Counted from the first letter of the stretch, positions 1-9,488 are shown. The stretch is DNA of 64,000 nucleotides from an uncultured cyanobacterium (GCA_963718615.1 OY970368.1:448977-512976), one strand, 5' to 3'. Translations and numbers: made by a program. The notes: generated by a model not told the origin, from the letters alone.

Positions 1-1737
1 CAACCCCGCCAATCCCATCAGCTCGGGCAAGCGATGGAGCAGTACGGCCCCCGCCAGCAAAAATAACAGAGCGATTTCAGAGAATGAAGGCTGATGCGTA
101 GTCCAGAGCTCAATACCGGGAGGCCGAAGATTCAGTTCGACCGAACGATGGGGACAGGCCTTAAGACAGGTCATGCAGAGAACGCAGTTGCGGTTGTCCG
201 TGAGCTGGGCGGGATGGGAATAGACGGGGCAGCCGCCGGTCGCTTGGCCTTCTCCCTCCGCTGGCCCGCCCTTATAACAATGGTAGGTTTCGCAAGTGGC
301 GGAGCAAATCCCCTGCTGGGCGCGCAGTTCAACCATGGAGAGCTTGGCAAATAGACCATTCATGCCACCAATGGGACAAAGATAGCGACACCAAAAGCGC
401 CGCTCAAACAGCAAAGAACAAATGATCGCGCCTGCCGTAATCAAAATCAGCAGCCAAGCGGACAGATAGGCCATATCTTCTAAATTCCAAAGTTCTTCCC
501 AAAGCAAAATCAATGCAAACCCGGCCCACAACAGCCAGCCGCCCCAGCGATCGGCCCAGCGACGGGGCCAGGGGAGGAGCGATCGCGGCCAAAGCTTCAA
601 CGAGAGCCACTGCACCACCTCGCCATAGATCATGAACGGACAAACCGCACACCATAATCGCCCCACAAAGGGGAAGCTCAGCAAAATCAGCGGCCACCAC
701 CAAGCCCAAAATAAGTTCAGCGCAAAGTTGGTGTCTCGCGTTTGGGGTCCCCAGAGCAAAAGGGCCACGGTCAGTGTATAAAATCCGAAGGTAAACCCGT
801 AGTTGAGGCGATCGGGCCACCAAGGACCATTGAGAAAGTTCCGCAGGCTGGGGTAGGCATTGAGCAAATTCCAGCGAAAGCGTTTGGCTCGACTTTCCAC
901 AGACCAAAAGACATCGGCGGTCAAGATCGCAGCGTAATCGGCCTGGACCACCGCCCGTTCGACGAGGCTTTCTAACTCGGTCAAGTTGCCGGGAAAATCG
1001 TAACTTTGCAACCGTCGCAGGGCTTCGGGGGTGAGTCGGGGTTTGGCTTGGCCCGTTTTGCGACAAGCACCTTTGAGATAATAGTTGACTTGCAACTCAA
1101 TGTCAGCCTTACGCACCCGCAGGGGCGGTACCTTGATCGACGTCGCACCTTGGGAAAAATCGCTCACCGCTCGTTCGGCAGTCATCAGGATCCACGCCGG
1201 ACTCCATGGAGTCACAGTTGTAGGTAGAAGATTTTCATTGGGCGTCGCGTTTGGGGATGGGGTGGTATTCTTCTCGGGGCGATCGCTCCCCTCATACTCC
1301 CCCGTCTGGACCAAGCGCAAAAGATTCGGTTTGAGAGCAGGGGAAATATCCTGTACATTGTTGAGCAACAAACTCCCGCTCCCCAAGGCCACCAGCAGCC
1401 CCGGTCGGTCCGATCGCCCCCACAATGCTTCCACCTCCCAAGCCTTGGCACAGTCAATCTGAATCATCGGGGCTTGCCGCTGGGGCACCGAGGTATAGTG
1501 AATCAGTGCCGCGAGGTTGTCTTTGTTGAGGCCGGGTTCTCCAAAGATAAAGATGGGCGATCGCCGCTCCCGATTTTGTTCTAAAGCTTGGGCCTGCTGC
1601 TGACTGGCCTGGCGCACCTGCTGCCGCAACCGTTTGGCATAACGACTTTGACCAATGATCCCCCGCTGGATGCGCGGCACCAAAAACGGGCGTAGGGCCT
1701 GTTCATACTCCAGCTGAACTAACGCGCTTTCATCCAT
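1..1737 (-). CDS. Membrane polyferredoxin (NapH/MauN-like 4Fe-4S) protein with an N-terminal degenerate sigma-54-interaction-type AAA+ domain; the 3' end runs off the window
   Basis: Absent from the ORF track because it is open at the window edge. Hand translation of the minus strand from the ATG at 1737 gives 579 uninterrupted codons: MDESALVQLEYEQALRPF..IFIFGEPGLNKDNLAALIH..SLLLNNVQDI..GRLWCAVCPFMIYGE..RFWCRYLCPIGGMNG..NCVLCMTCLKACPHRSVE. It contains CxxCP and CxxCxxCxxxCP motifs and several hydrophobic segments. Confidence 0.75.
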   Translation of the reverse strand, partial: MDESALVQLEYEQALRPFLVPRIQRGIIGQSRYAKRLRQQVRQASQQQAQALEQNRERRSPIFIFGEPGLNKDNLAALIHYTSVPQRQAPMIQIDCAKAWEVEALWGRSDRPGLLVALGSGSLLLNNVQDISPALKPNLLRLVQTGEYEGSDRPEKNTTPSPNATPNENLLPTTVTPWSPAWILMTAERAVSDFSQGATSIKVPPLRVRKADIELQVNYYLKGACRKTGQAKPRLTPEALRRLQSYDFPGNLTELESLVERAVVQADYAAILTADVFWSVESRAKRFRWNLLNAYPSLRNFLNGPWWPDRLNYGFTFGFYTLTVALLLWGPQTRDTNFALNLFWAWWWPLILLSFPFVGRLWCAVCPFMIYGEVVQWLSLKLWPRSLLPWPRRWADRWGGWLLWAGFALILLWEELWNLEDMAYLSAWLLILITAGAIICSLLFERRFWCRYLCPIGGMNGLFAKLSMVELRAQQGICSATCETYHCYKGGPAEGEGQATGGCPVYSHPAQLTDNRNCVLCMTCLKACPHRSVELNLRPPGIELWTTHQPSFSEIALLFLLAGAVLLHRLPELMGLAGL

Positions 1738-1755
1738 AGGGCCATTTTCACCATT

Positions 1756-2949
1756 TCAAGACGCCAAGGACGAGCGCTCCTGTTGTGTCAACACCTTTCT
1801 GTAGCAGGACTCGGTTTGCTTGGCTAACTTCTTCCAGCTAAACCGTCGCTCTAGCTCACTATAGGCCCGTTGTACCAAACGCTGGGTATCCACCCGATTT
1901 TCCAAAACGTCCAAAATTCCTTCGGCGAGGGATTGTGCATTATTGCGCACCGTAACAATCCCCGTTTCTCGATGGCGGACCACCTCGGGTAGGCCACCGG
2001 CATCGGACACCACCACGGGAACCCGCGCGGCAAAGCTCTCGAGGGCGACAATGCCAAAAGGTTCATAGAGGCTGGGGAAGACCGCACAGTCGGCGATCGC
2101 CTGGAAGCAATCCAAATCTTCCTCTGACATAAAACCAGTAAATAAACAGCGCTCCCCAATCCCCAGCTCGGCGGCCTGTTGCTTGAGTTGTTCGGTGTTG
2201 CCGCCCCCAATAATGACAACCTTTGCCTTGCCCTGGAGCTGCGCCAAAATCATCGGTGCTGCATTCAGCAAAACGCCAATTCCCTTTTCATAGGTAATGC
2301 GGCCTACGTAGTAAACAATTTTCTCATCATCGTTGGCAAAGCGCCGTCGAAACTGTTGGACCTCAAAGTCTGGCTCTAGCCGTTTCTTCTCAGGACGAAT
2401 CCCATTCGCCACAATGTCAATTAAATGGTTGGAATAGTGATGGCATTGACTCACCTCCCGCACCATATACTGCGTACAAACGATCACCCGCCAAGAGCGA
2501 TGGATCAAGGCCCGTTCCTTGTAGTCGACATAGCGCTGAGTATCGTTGTGTAAGCCGCTATTGCGGCCCTGTTCGGTTGCGTGGATGGTGCTGAGCAGCG
2601 GCAGGCCAAAATGGTGCTGTAGGGCGATCGCCCCATCCCCCACCAGCCAGTCATGGGCATGAATGAGATCAAAGGGTCCCTGTTGTAACAGAAGTTCTCC
2701 CCCCACATGGCCCATGCTTTGATTCATGTTGCCAATCCAGTGGAAGAAGTCATGGCCCCCGTCGACAGGTACCCGATAGACATGAATGCCTTCTACCACC
2801 TCATAGCTGGGCATGGGGGGAGAGGCTACAGTGATTAAGTGGATTTCATGGCCTAGGGCAACGAGTTCTGGATAGAGCTCTGCAACATGACGAGCAATGC
2901 CTCCCACGATTCGCGGGGGGAACTCCCAAGCCAGAACCAGAATTTTCAT
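1756..2949 (-). CDS. Glycosyltransferase family 4 (group 1)
   Basis: ORF 1756..3003, with the probable start at the ATG giving MKILVLAWEFPPRIVGGIARHV. The C-terminal half is typical GT-B (YVGRITYEKGI..., FPSLYEPFGIVALESFA). Confidence 0.85.
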   Translation of the reverse strand: MKILVLAWEFPPRIVGGIARHVAELYPELVALGHEIHLITVASPPMPSYEVVEGIHVYRVPVDGGHDFFHWIGNMNQSMGHVGGELLLQQGPFDLIHAHDWLVGDGAIALQHHFGLPLLSTIHATEQGRNSGLHNDTQRYVDYKERALIHRSWRVIVCTQYMVREVSQCHHYSNHLIDIVANGIRPEKKRLEPDFEVQQFRRRFANDDEKIVYYVGRITYEKGIGVLLNAAPMILAQLQGKAKVVIIGGGNTEQLKQQAAELGIGERCLFTGFMSEEDLDCFQAIADCAVFPSLYEPFGIVALESFAARVPVVVSDAGGLPEVVRHRETGIVTVRNNAQSLAEGILDVLENRVDTQRLVQRAYSELERRFSWKKLAKQTESCYRKVLTQQERSSLAS

Positions 2950-3166
2950 GAGCCGTTTCTTCCTCTGCGTACACCCATTGGGACCAGACCAATGACGCCA
3001 CACGCGACGTCAAACTAATGGGCCAATTTTTCCCCAAAAAGACGATTATCGAGCGGGATTCACAGAATGTTCCCATTGACTCGGTCAGGGTTCTTTCAGC
3101 TTACTCCCGGAATCGTTAATTGATTATTAATTTTCAAGGGTTACCGTTCAAGTGTTGATGACTAGT

Positions 3167-4786
3167 CTAGGGGGTCATCTCGCCCAAAGCCTGACTCCGA
3201 AAGGGATCCCAGTATGCTAGGGCCTCGGGATTGGATGGTGCCTGATGCTGAAGCAGGAGCACACCATCAGCCCAGGCCGTGAGTCCATAGCTGCCATCGC
3301 CCAGAGCTTGGTCAATGAGCTGAATCGAGCGGGTAAGATCGCCGCGATCGCCCTGAAAAGCAGGGGCATACCGACGAAACCGCCACAAGTCGACAGCGGC
3401 ATAGTCCACATTGACAATGGCTTGGGCGTCATTGCGTACCTGGAGGGACATGGGAAAACGTACCAATTCCCGACGGTTGGAGAGGTGGGGGACCAGATAG
3501 GTCGTTGCGGAGACGCTGGCCTCGGGTGGAATTTGCCGGAGAATCTGCTGGGCTTGGGCGGCATGCCGCCACTGCTCTGGCAGCGACACATAAACGGTCG
3601 GGTTGATCGCATCGGGAATTAAAAACGACAGGGTTTGGTTGGGATTGGAGGTCAGGGTGAAGAACAGCGAGAGTCCAATGCAAACGGCCCAAAATCGACG
3701 CATCCGCAGGGATTTGAACCGATCGGGTCGCTGTGCCCACCAGAGAATGACGCCATAGGCCAAACCGGGAACAATCGCCATGGCATAGCGAATGTTGATG
3801 GCTAGAACCGACTCGCCCTTGGCAATTAACAGCTTGAGCAGCGGAAACCCCGCAACGAGCCAGGAGGCCGGGGCGATCGCCGGGATAAATCCAAAGGGCA
3901 GCCACTGCCCCAGCAAATAGCGCGTCGTCTTGCCGACCGGCGTCACGAGCTCTTTGAGCAGGAGGAAGGGATTCATGACCATGCCCCGAAGAATATCCAG
4001 CGTCGACGCCTCATCGCCGGTGGCATATTGGCCAAACCGCTCCAACATAAATCGCTTGGAGACATCCGCTGAAAACTGAGGCATGCCCCAATTGGTCAGG
4101 ATCAGCATGTAGGACAGGGCATAGCCACATAGCCCTAGCCCCAGCCAAGGATGGCGGCGACTGACGAGCAAATAGAAGCCAATGCTAAACAGAACGATCC
4201 CCGAATCTTCTCGCACCCAAGGAATCAAAATCGCCATGGGGACATACAGCCACCACCAACGTTTTTCTAACCCCAGGAGCAGCGAAAAAACAAATAGTGG
4301 GATCTGGCAAATGTCGTGAAAATTGCCAATGGTGGGGCCAATGATAGCGTTGGCTCCGTAAAAACTGGTGGCGATCGCCGCTGCCGGTCCCGGCTCCAGA
4401 TAACAGCGAGCCAGCCGGTAGAGCACTAGCCCCGCTGCAGTTACCAAAGCCACCTGCAAGACCGACAGCGTCACCGGGGAGGGAAATAGACTATAGAGCG
4501 GTAGCCACAGCATCAGTGCCGGGGTAAAATGCTGCCCGAGCCGATGGTAGGCCACATCGGGAACTTCCCCCGCGTGGACCACATTGGTTGACAACTGCGA
4601 CGAGAGCGAGCTTTGGAAAAAACGACCGTGGCTGCTGTTCCAAAAAACCTGGTTAAAAATGCCCTGATCGTAGGATGCAGAAAAACCGTAATAGCGATGG
4701 ACGGTCAACAGCAATGTGATGAGAAGGAAGGCGATCGCAACCCCCTTCAGCCAACGCATCGGGTGTGCTCGCAGCAGATCCACCAT
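3167..4786 (-). CDS. Polytopic membrane protein, DUF2079-like
   Basis: ORF 3167..4888. The longest form starts at TTG; ATG candidates lie at 4786 and 4759. There are many hydrophobic helices and a YDQGIFNQVFWNSSHG motif that I remember as DUF2079-like. Confidence 0.65.
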   Translation of the reverse strand: MVDLLRAHPMRWLKGVAIAFLLITLLLTVHRYYGFSASYDQGIFNQVFWNSSHGRFFQSSLSSQLSTNVVHAGEVPDVAYHRLGQHFTPALMLWLPLYSLFPSPVTLSVLQVALVTAAGLVLYRLARCYLEPGPAAAIATSFYGANAIIGPTIGNFHDICQIPLFVFSLLLGLEKRWWWLYVPMAILIPWVREDSGIVLFSIGFYLLVSRRHPWLGLGLCGYALSYMLILTNWGMPQFSADVSKRFMLERFGQYATGDEASTLDILRGMVMNPFLLLKELVTPVGKTTRYLLGQWLPFGFIPAIAPASWLVAGFPLLKLLIAKGESVLAINIRYAMAIVPGLAYGVILWWAQRPDRFKSLRMRRFWAVCIGLSLFFTLTSNPNQTLSFLIPDAINPTVYVSLPEQWRHAAQAQQILRQIPPEASVSATTYLVPHLSNRRELVRFPMSLQVRNDAQAIVNVDYAAVDLWRFRRYAPAFQGDRGDLTRSIQLIDQALGDGSYGLTAWADGVLLLQHQAPSNPEALAYWDPFRSQALGEMTP

Positions 4787-4987
4787 AAGGCCAAGCTTCA
4801 GAATTGATAAAACACTGATCAAACTACCGTAAAAACTCTCCCACAAATCATTGCTCCTACACCAATGGTTGCCAAGCTCCTGAGTCAATACTGCTTACAC
4901 TCGTCCCAAAAACCCTTAAGATTTTCTTTATAAGCCGTTCGCTCCCAGGGACGATTGGGTCTCTACCGGAGAAACGATGGGGATAAT

Positions 4988-6145
4988 ATGGATATGAAGG
5001 AGGCCGTTCTAAACGAGACGCGAGACCGGAGTCCCTTACGGCTCATGCTGTTTGTCACGCATCGTGCCAAGGCCGATCCCCTCGCGAACGAGATTCGTCA
5101 GGCCCTTCTGGCTTTGGCCAAAGAAGAATGCTTTCACTTGGAAGTTATCCAGATTTCTGATCAGCCGTTTCTGGTGGAGTATTTTAGGCTAGTGGCGGTG
5201 CCTGCCTTAGTCAAAACCTATCCTGAACCAGTGCAGGTTTTTACGGGCAGTCATTTGATTCAGCAGTTGTCCTATTGGTGGCCTCGCTGGCAGTTGAATT
5301 GGCAAGATACAACTCCGACCTCGTTAATTTCTGCTGAGCTCGCCCTGCCCCCAGCGCTGCTACCGCCGGGAATTTCGGCCCGTGTTTTGCAGCTTTCGGA
5401 TGAGGTTTTTCGGCTCAAGCAAGAAAACGAAGCCCTGCAATCCCGGCTGCGGTTTCGCGATCGCATCATTGCTATGTTGGCCCATGACTTGCGATCGCCC
5501 CTGACCACTGCCGCCCTGGCTATGGAAACCATAGAAGCGGGGTTTAACCAAGCCGATCGCCGTCTCCCAGAAGCTACCGTGAGCCAACTGCTACGGCAAT
5601 CGCGCAGTCAGCTTCGTAAGCTAGATGACATGCTCAATGAGATGCTGCAAGCAGCCTGTGGCGAAGAAGAAGAATTTTTTATTCAGCCCCAACAGCTCGA
5701 CCTCCAGCAGCTTTGCCACGAAGTGGTTTCTCAGCTTACGAAGCAAATTGCGGCCCGATCCCAAACCCTGATTCTCGATATTCCTACGGATTTACCGCTG
5801 GTTTGTGCCGATCCGCAACGGATTCGTCAAGTGCTGCTCAATTTGTTTGACAATGCCATTAAGTACACCCCCCAAGGTGGAGAGCTGAGCCTAGCCTGTT
5901 TGCACCGCACCAGCCAAAAAGTGCAAGTCAGCCTCTGCGACACCGGTCCTGGGATTCCGGAGGAAGCGGAGACCATTATTTTTGATGACACCTTCCGCCT
6001 TCCTCGGGATTATAAAACCGATGGATATGGCATTGGTCTCTCCGTCTGTCGCCGCATTATCCGAGCCCACTACGGGCAAATCTGGGTGAGTCCACGCCAA
6101 CCCCAGGGTAGTTGCTTTCATTTTACGGTGCCGGTGCTGGTCTGA
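4988..6145 (+). CDS. sasA: Adaptive-response sensor histidine kinase SasA (KaiB-like N-terminal domain plus HisKA/HATPase)
   Basis: The N-terminus is a KaiB/thioredoxin-like fold (LRLMLFVTHRAKADPL..VPALVKTYPEP). The H-box is MLAHDLRSPLTT, followed by an N-box (LLNLFDNAIKYTP) and G-boxes (DTGPGIP, GYGIGLSV). The first in-frame ATG is at 4988; the track start at 4955 is TTG. Confidence 0.85.
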   Translation: MDMKEAVLNETRDRSPLRLMLFVTHRAKADPLANEIRQALLALAKEECFHLEVIQISDQPFLVEYFRLVAVPALVKTYPEPVQVFTGSHLIQQLSYWWPRWQLNWQDTTPTSLISAELALPPALLPPGISARVLQLSDEVFRLKQENEALQSRLRFRDRIIAMLAHDLRSPLTTAALAMETIEAGFNQADRRLPEATVSQLLRQSRSQLRKLDDMLNEMLQAACGEEEEFFIQPQQLDLQQLCHEVVSQLTKQIAARSQTLILDIPTDLPLVCADPQRIRQVLLNLFDNAIKYTPQGGELSLACLHRTSQKVQVSLCDTGPGIPEEAETIIFDDTFRLPRDYKTDGYGIGLSVCRRIIRAHYGQIWVSPRQPQGSCFHFTVPVLV

Positions 6146-6778
6146 TTTTGGGTAGCAAAAGTGACAGTTTATAGGGCAAACTAGGGAATTGTGATCGCGA
6201 TCGCCCTAGGTCATCTCTGAAAGTTTCTACGTGCCTTCTGTTTGCAAGTATCTTTTTTGGGGTATGCTTACGTATAAGCGCCGCAATTAGGCTTGAGTTC
6301 TAGGGCGATCGCAGCCCTAAGCGGCTATTTTGCAGAAAAAACCGTGGTTATACGGAGCAGTTGAGGTTCTGTACTGCGCTTCAAAAAAACCTTAGCAAAG
6401 CGAGATCTGCGCGTTTACCGAATGTGGGAAGCAGAAGCTTTTCGCAGATTTCGATTTTTCTCCGAGCTCTCTCGGAAACCCCAGTATTTCTCGGGATACT
6501 CATTCCCTGAAACCTACGGAAATCGGGTGTTTTACCCGAATATTACGGAGTTTTGAGTTCCGTGGTTTGGCGGATTGAGACCCCCGGCGGGAGTGATAGT
6601 TTAGGCTTACGGGATGATTCTCTGGGTCCCCGTTAGATTCTTTGTTCCTTTTGTGTTCCCATTGATGGGCGATCGCAGCATTAATCTGGATGCTAACTGG
6701 CTTATAGGGTGCGATCGTCTCCGGTTTTAGTCTGTGAATTTGTATCTCCAACAGTTCTCTTCGTTCGGTTTTGATCTT

Positions 6779-7057
6779 ATGTCTTACGAATCGCTCCGGC
6801 AGCAAGACGACGTCGAAAGCATCGGTGTTTATGAGTGCGAAGTTAGCCTCAAATTTCGCATGATTGAAGAGAAGAGTGTGTTTCAAGATCGTGAGCAACT
6901 CTTGGAAGTTCTCCTTGAAGCCTTTGGCTATGGCTCGGACGAATATTTAGAATCCCTGCATGTCCATGCCCAAGCGCGACCCTTGGCAGATACCGATGCT
7001 TCTCCTCAGCTTCGGCGTCAGCTTATTCGTCTCCGCAATTCCCGTGAGTTTCAGTAG
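6779..7057 (+). CDS. Small acidic hypothetical protein
   Basis: ORF 6734..7057, with the likely start at MSYESLRQQDD. The composition looks coding, but I do not recognise a family. Confidence 0.4.
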   Translation: MSYESLRQQDDVESIGVYECEVSLKFRMIEEKSVFQDREQLLEVLLEAFGYGSDEYLESLHVHAQARPLADTDASPQLRRQLIRLRNSREFQ

Positions 7058-7163
7058 GGGCAAGGCTTTAGGGGGTATTGCAGGCATTCTAGAAAAAAAT
7101 AAATGTCAGGGATTGACAATTGCACCCCCTCCTTTTTATATTAAGAACAGTCAAGCAAGTCCG

Positions 7164-7236
7164 GCCCCCATCGTCTAGAGGCCTAGGACACCTCCCTTTC
7201 ACGGAGGCGACGGGGATTCGAATTCCCCTGGGGGTA
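7164..7236 (+). tRNA. trnE: tRNA-Glu (anticodon UUC)
   Basis: GCCCCCATCGTCTAGAGGCCTAGGACACCTCCCTTTCACGGAGGCGACGGGGATTCGAATTCCCCTGGGGGTA folds as a cloverleaf. The anticodon loop is CT-TTC-AC and the T-loop is GGATTCGAATCC-like. The sequence is near identical to plastid and cyanobacterial trnE as I remember them. Confidence 0.95.
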
Positions 7237-7250
7237 TTTGCAAGGCTAAA

Positions 7251-7289
7251 CCCTGTAAGCGTTTCAGCGTTTGCAGGGTATTTGTTTTT
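7251..7289 (+). terminator. Putative intrinsic terminator after tRNA-Glu
   Basis: ccctgtaagcg-tttcag-cgtttgcaggg forms an 11-bp stem (including 2 G-U pairs) and is followed by tatttgttttt. Confidence 0.5.
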
Positions 7290-7600
7290 GGAATTTTTCT
7301 ACCCTGTTTGCTGCGCTTCAATCGTCCAGATTCACGACAACTTGATTCTATAGAAAGAGTCTTGGGCGAAATAGTTTTATTTTGAGGAAAACAGGCTCGA
7401 AAATTGCCAGATCTTAATTAATTTGCATTTAGGTCTTTGATCTTTTCCAGGGACTTGGGCATACTGTTGGCACAGGAAGTCAGTAGCCCCATGGTCGGGG
7501 GCTGCAAGGCCCGGATACCCATGAACAAGTATGGGTTGACCACTTGCTGACCACTTGCGGAGCAGGGTGCCCCATTAGGCTCCAGGCAAGGAAATGGTTT

Positions 7601-9037
7601 ATGAAAGACACCAGCTCGGCCCCGTGGAGATGTCGATGCCTCCCGCAATCGCTCCTCGAACCCGTGAGTGGATTGGATGGCTATTTGCAGCTTCGCGGCT
7701 CCACTGTGGAATGGTTTATCTACTTTCGGCAGGGGAAGATTGTCTATGCGACAAATTCCGTCGATCCACTAGAGCGGCTGGATCGTTATTTGCTAGGGCT
7801 GGGTCATGAGCTGCCCCGGCCTATTCCTGAGATCAAAGTACTGGTTCGGTCCTACTTTGAGGATGCTACGGCCCCGAAGTCCCATCTCACGTCCGATTAC
7901 CGAGCGATTGTGGAACTCGTTCGACAAGGCATCTTGGATCGGCTCATGGCGAGCACCTTAGCCAGCAAAATGACGGCGGAAGTGTTTGAAAGCTATTTGC
8001 TGCTGCCGGAAGCGGAGTATGGCATTCATCACGTCATCATGGCGAATTTGCCGAAGGTTTGCTCCCTCGAACCCAAGCATTTTGTGGAGCGGACTCAGAC
8101 CCGGCTCAAACTTTGGCGTACGCTCTTGCCTCGGATTAGCTCGCCCTATCAGCGTCCTTACCTGGCGGGGGAAGCGATCGCCTACCAAAAACTCTCTCCC
8201 AAATCAGTCAGTGCGCTAAGCCGGTTTTTGATGGGGTCCAATTTTCGTCAGCTCGGCCTGCGGCTCAATCAGGATGAACTGGTATTGGCCAAACGTTTAC
8301 TGCCCCTGATTAACAATGGCGTCGTGATCCTGCGGGATCCCGTCGCTCCCTTTGACCAGTTGCCCCGTTTTACGGTGCTGACGAAGCCGTCGACTGGTGC
8401 GATCGCCCCAAAACCCGAAACGACTCCCGAAACGCTTTCTGAAGCAACTCCTGAAGCAACTCCTGAACCAGCGCTTGCCGAGCCAGTCCCCCCCGAACCT
8501 GCTCTCCCCGAACCTGCTCCCCAAGCAGCGCCAGATCTAGCCCCTGGGGTTGCTGTGCCCGAGGATCTCCCTGAAATCGCGGAGGTTACAGGGGGATTAA
8601 TCAAACGTCCAACCACCTCGTTGGCCCCGCGACCGGTGCCGGTAACGGGTCACGAACTGGGCGATCGCGCCACCCTAGCCGATGAGATCCAAAAACATCT
8701 GGAGGACCAAGCGTTCTCGCTGGCCTTGATGGACGAGCCCGACGAAACCTTGCTTCGGCTCAGTTCGATGAACCCTGATTTTATTTTGCTAGACGCCACG
8801 ACACCGGAGGTGGATGGTTACCGGGTTTGTTCGCTGATCCGCAAATCGCCGATGTTGAAGCATGTGCCCATTGTAATGGTGATGGAGCAGGAAGGATTGA
8901 TGGAGCGGGCGAAGGCGAAACTGGCGGGGGCAACGGCCCATTTGCCCAAGTCTTTTTCCCAGGAAGAGCTTGCTCAGCTACTCTCCCGTCACCATGGCAA
9001 AACCAAGAAGGATGTGTTGATTTGCTTACTGCGCTAA
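7601..9037 (+). CDS. PatA/PixG-type response regulator (PATAN-like N-terminal domain, Pro/Glu/Ala-rich linker, C-terminal receiver-like domain)
   Basis: The N-terminal motif is WFIYFRQGKIVYATNSVDPLERLDRYL. The linker is PETTPETLSEATPEATPEPALAEPVPPEPALPEPAPQ. The C-terminus reads DFILLDATTPEVDGYRVCSLIR..VPIVMV..LPKSF. ATG at 7601. Confidence 0.75.
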   Translation: MKDTSSAPWRCRCLPQSLLEPVSGLDGYLQLRGSTVEWFIYFRQGKIVYATNSVDPLERLDRYLLGLGHELPRPIPEIKVLVRSYFEDATAPKSHLTSDYRAIVELVRQGILDRLMASTLASKMTAEVFESYLLLPEAEYGIHHVIMANLPKVCSLEPKHFVERTQTRLKLWRTLLPRISSPYQRPYLAGEAIAYQKLSPKSVSALSRFLMGSNFRQLGLRLNQDELVLAKRLLPLINNGVVILRDPVAPFDQLPRFTVLTKPSTGAIAPKPETTPETLSEATPEATPEPALAEPVPPEPALPEPAPQAAPDLAPGVAVPEDLPEIAEVTGGLIKRPTTSLAPRPVPVTGHELGDRATLADEIQKHLEDQAFSLALMDEPDETLLRLSSMNPDFILLDATTPEVDGYRVCSLIRKSPMLKHVPIVMVMEQEGLMERAKAKLAGATAHLPKSFSQEELAQLLSRHHGKTKKDVLICLLR

Positions 9038-9053
9038 AGCACAGGAGGAATTT

Positions 9054-9488
9054 TCAAGTTCTCAGCAGTCGCAACCCGCTGGCCATCGCCCCCACCGCTA
9101 AGCCAAATTGCCAAAGGCTGGTGGGACGCAGCATCACGCCGCCACTGACGACGACTAACACAATCGCAATTCCCATCACCCAGCCCCCGAGATAGCGGAT
9201 ATCCCCTTCTCCCAGAACCACCATCAAGATCCCGATGATCAGCGTCAATGAGGCTCCCGCAGCAGAGAAGTCGCGCCACCAGTAAGGCGAAATCCGGGTG
9301 GCAAAGATGATGTTTTCACCTAAAAAATAAAATCCTGACAGGACCAGGGCTATGCCAAGGAGTCGGATGAACATAAGCGATCGCCAAACAAGACCTATTC
9401 CCAAGGCTACCCACGTTGCCCCTTCGCTTGACCAAAATTTCCACATAAGTTGCAGTTCTAGGAAAACAGATTTTGCTACTCGGAACAT
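9054..9488 (-). CDS. Hypothetical membrane protein
   Basis: ORF 9054..9533. It has four hydrophobic segments (e.g. LLGIALVLSGFYFLG, GASLTLIIGILMVVLG). The start is uncertain. Confidence 0.45.
   Translation of the reverse strand: MFRVAKSVFLELQLMWKFWSSEGATWVALGIGLVWRSLMFIRLLGIALVLSGFYFLGENIIFATRISPYWWRDFSAAGASLTLIIGILMVVLGEGDIRYLGGWVMGIAIVLVVVSGGVMLRPTSLWQFGLAVGAMASGLRLLRT

Noticed and set aside
404-1066. 220-aa minus-strand ORF from the track
   Set aside because: It is a different frame of the same strand as the 579-codon gene found by hand translation (complement <1..1737). That gene has coherent AAA+-like and 4Fe-4S motifs, whereas the 220-aa product is Arg/Leu/Pro-rich with no features.
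6500-6898. 132-aa minus-strand ORF in the sasA downstream region
   Set aside because: It has no recognisable family and overlaps the better-looking plus-strand acidic-protein ORF. I kept it only as part of the unexplained intergenic region finding.
7120-7353. 77-aa plus-strand ORF
   Set aside because: It reads straight through the tRNA-Glu gene and its terminator.
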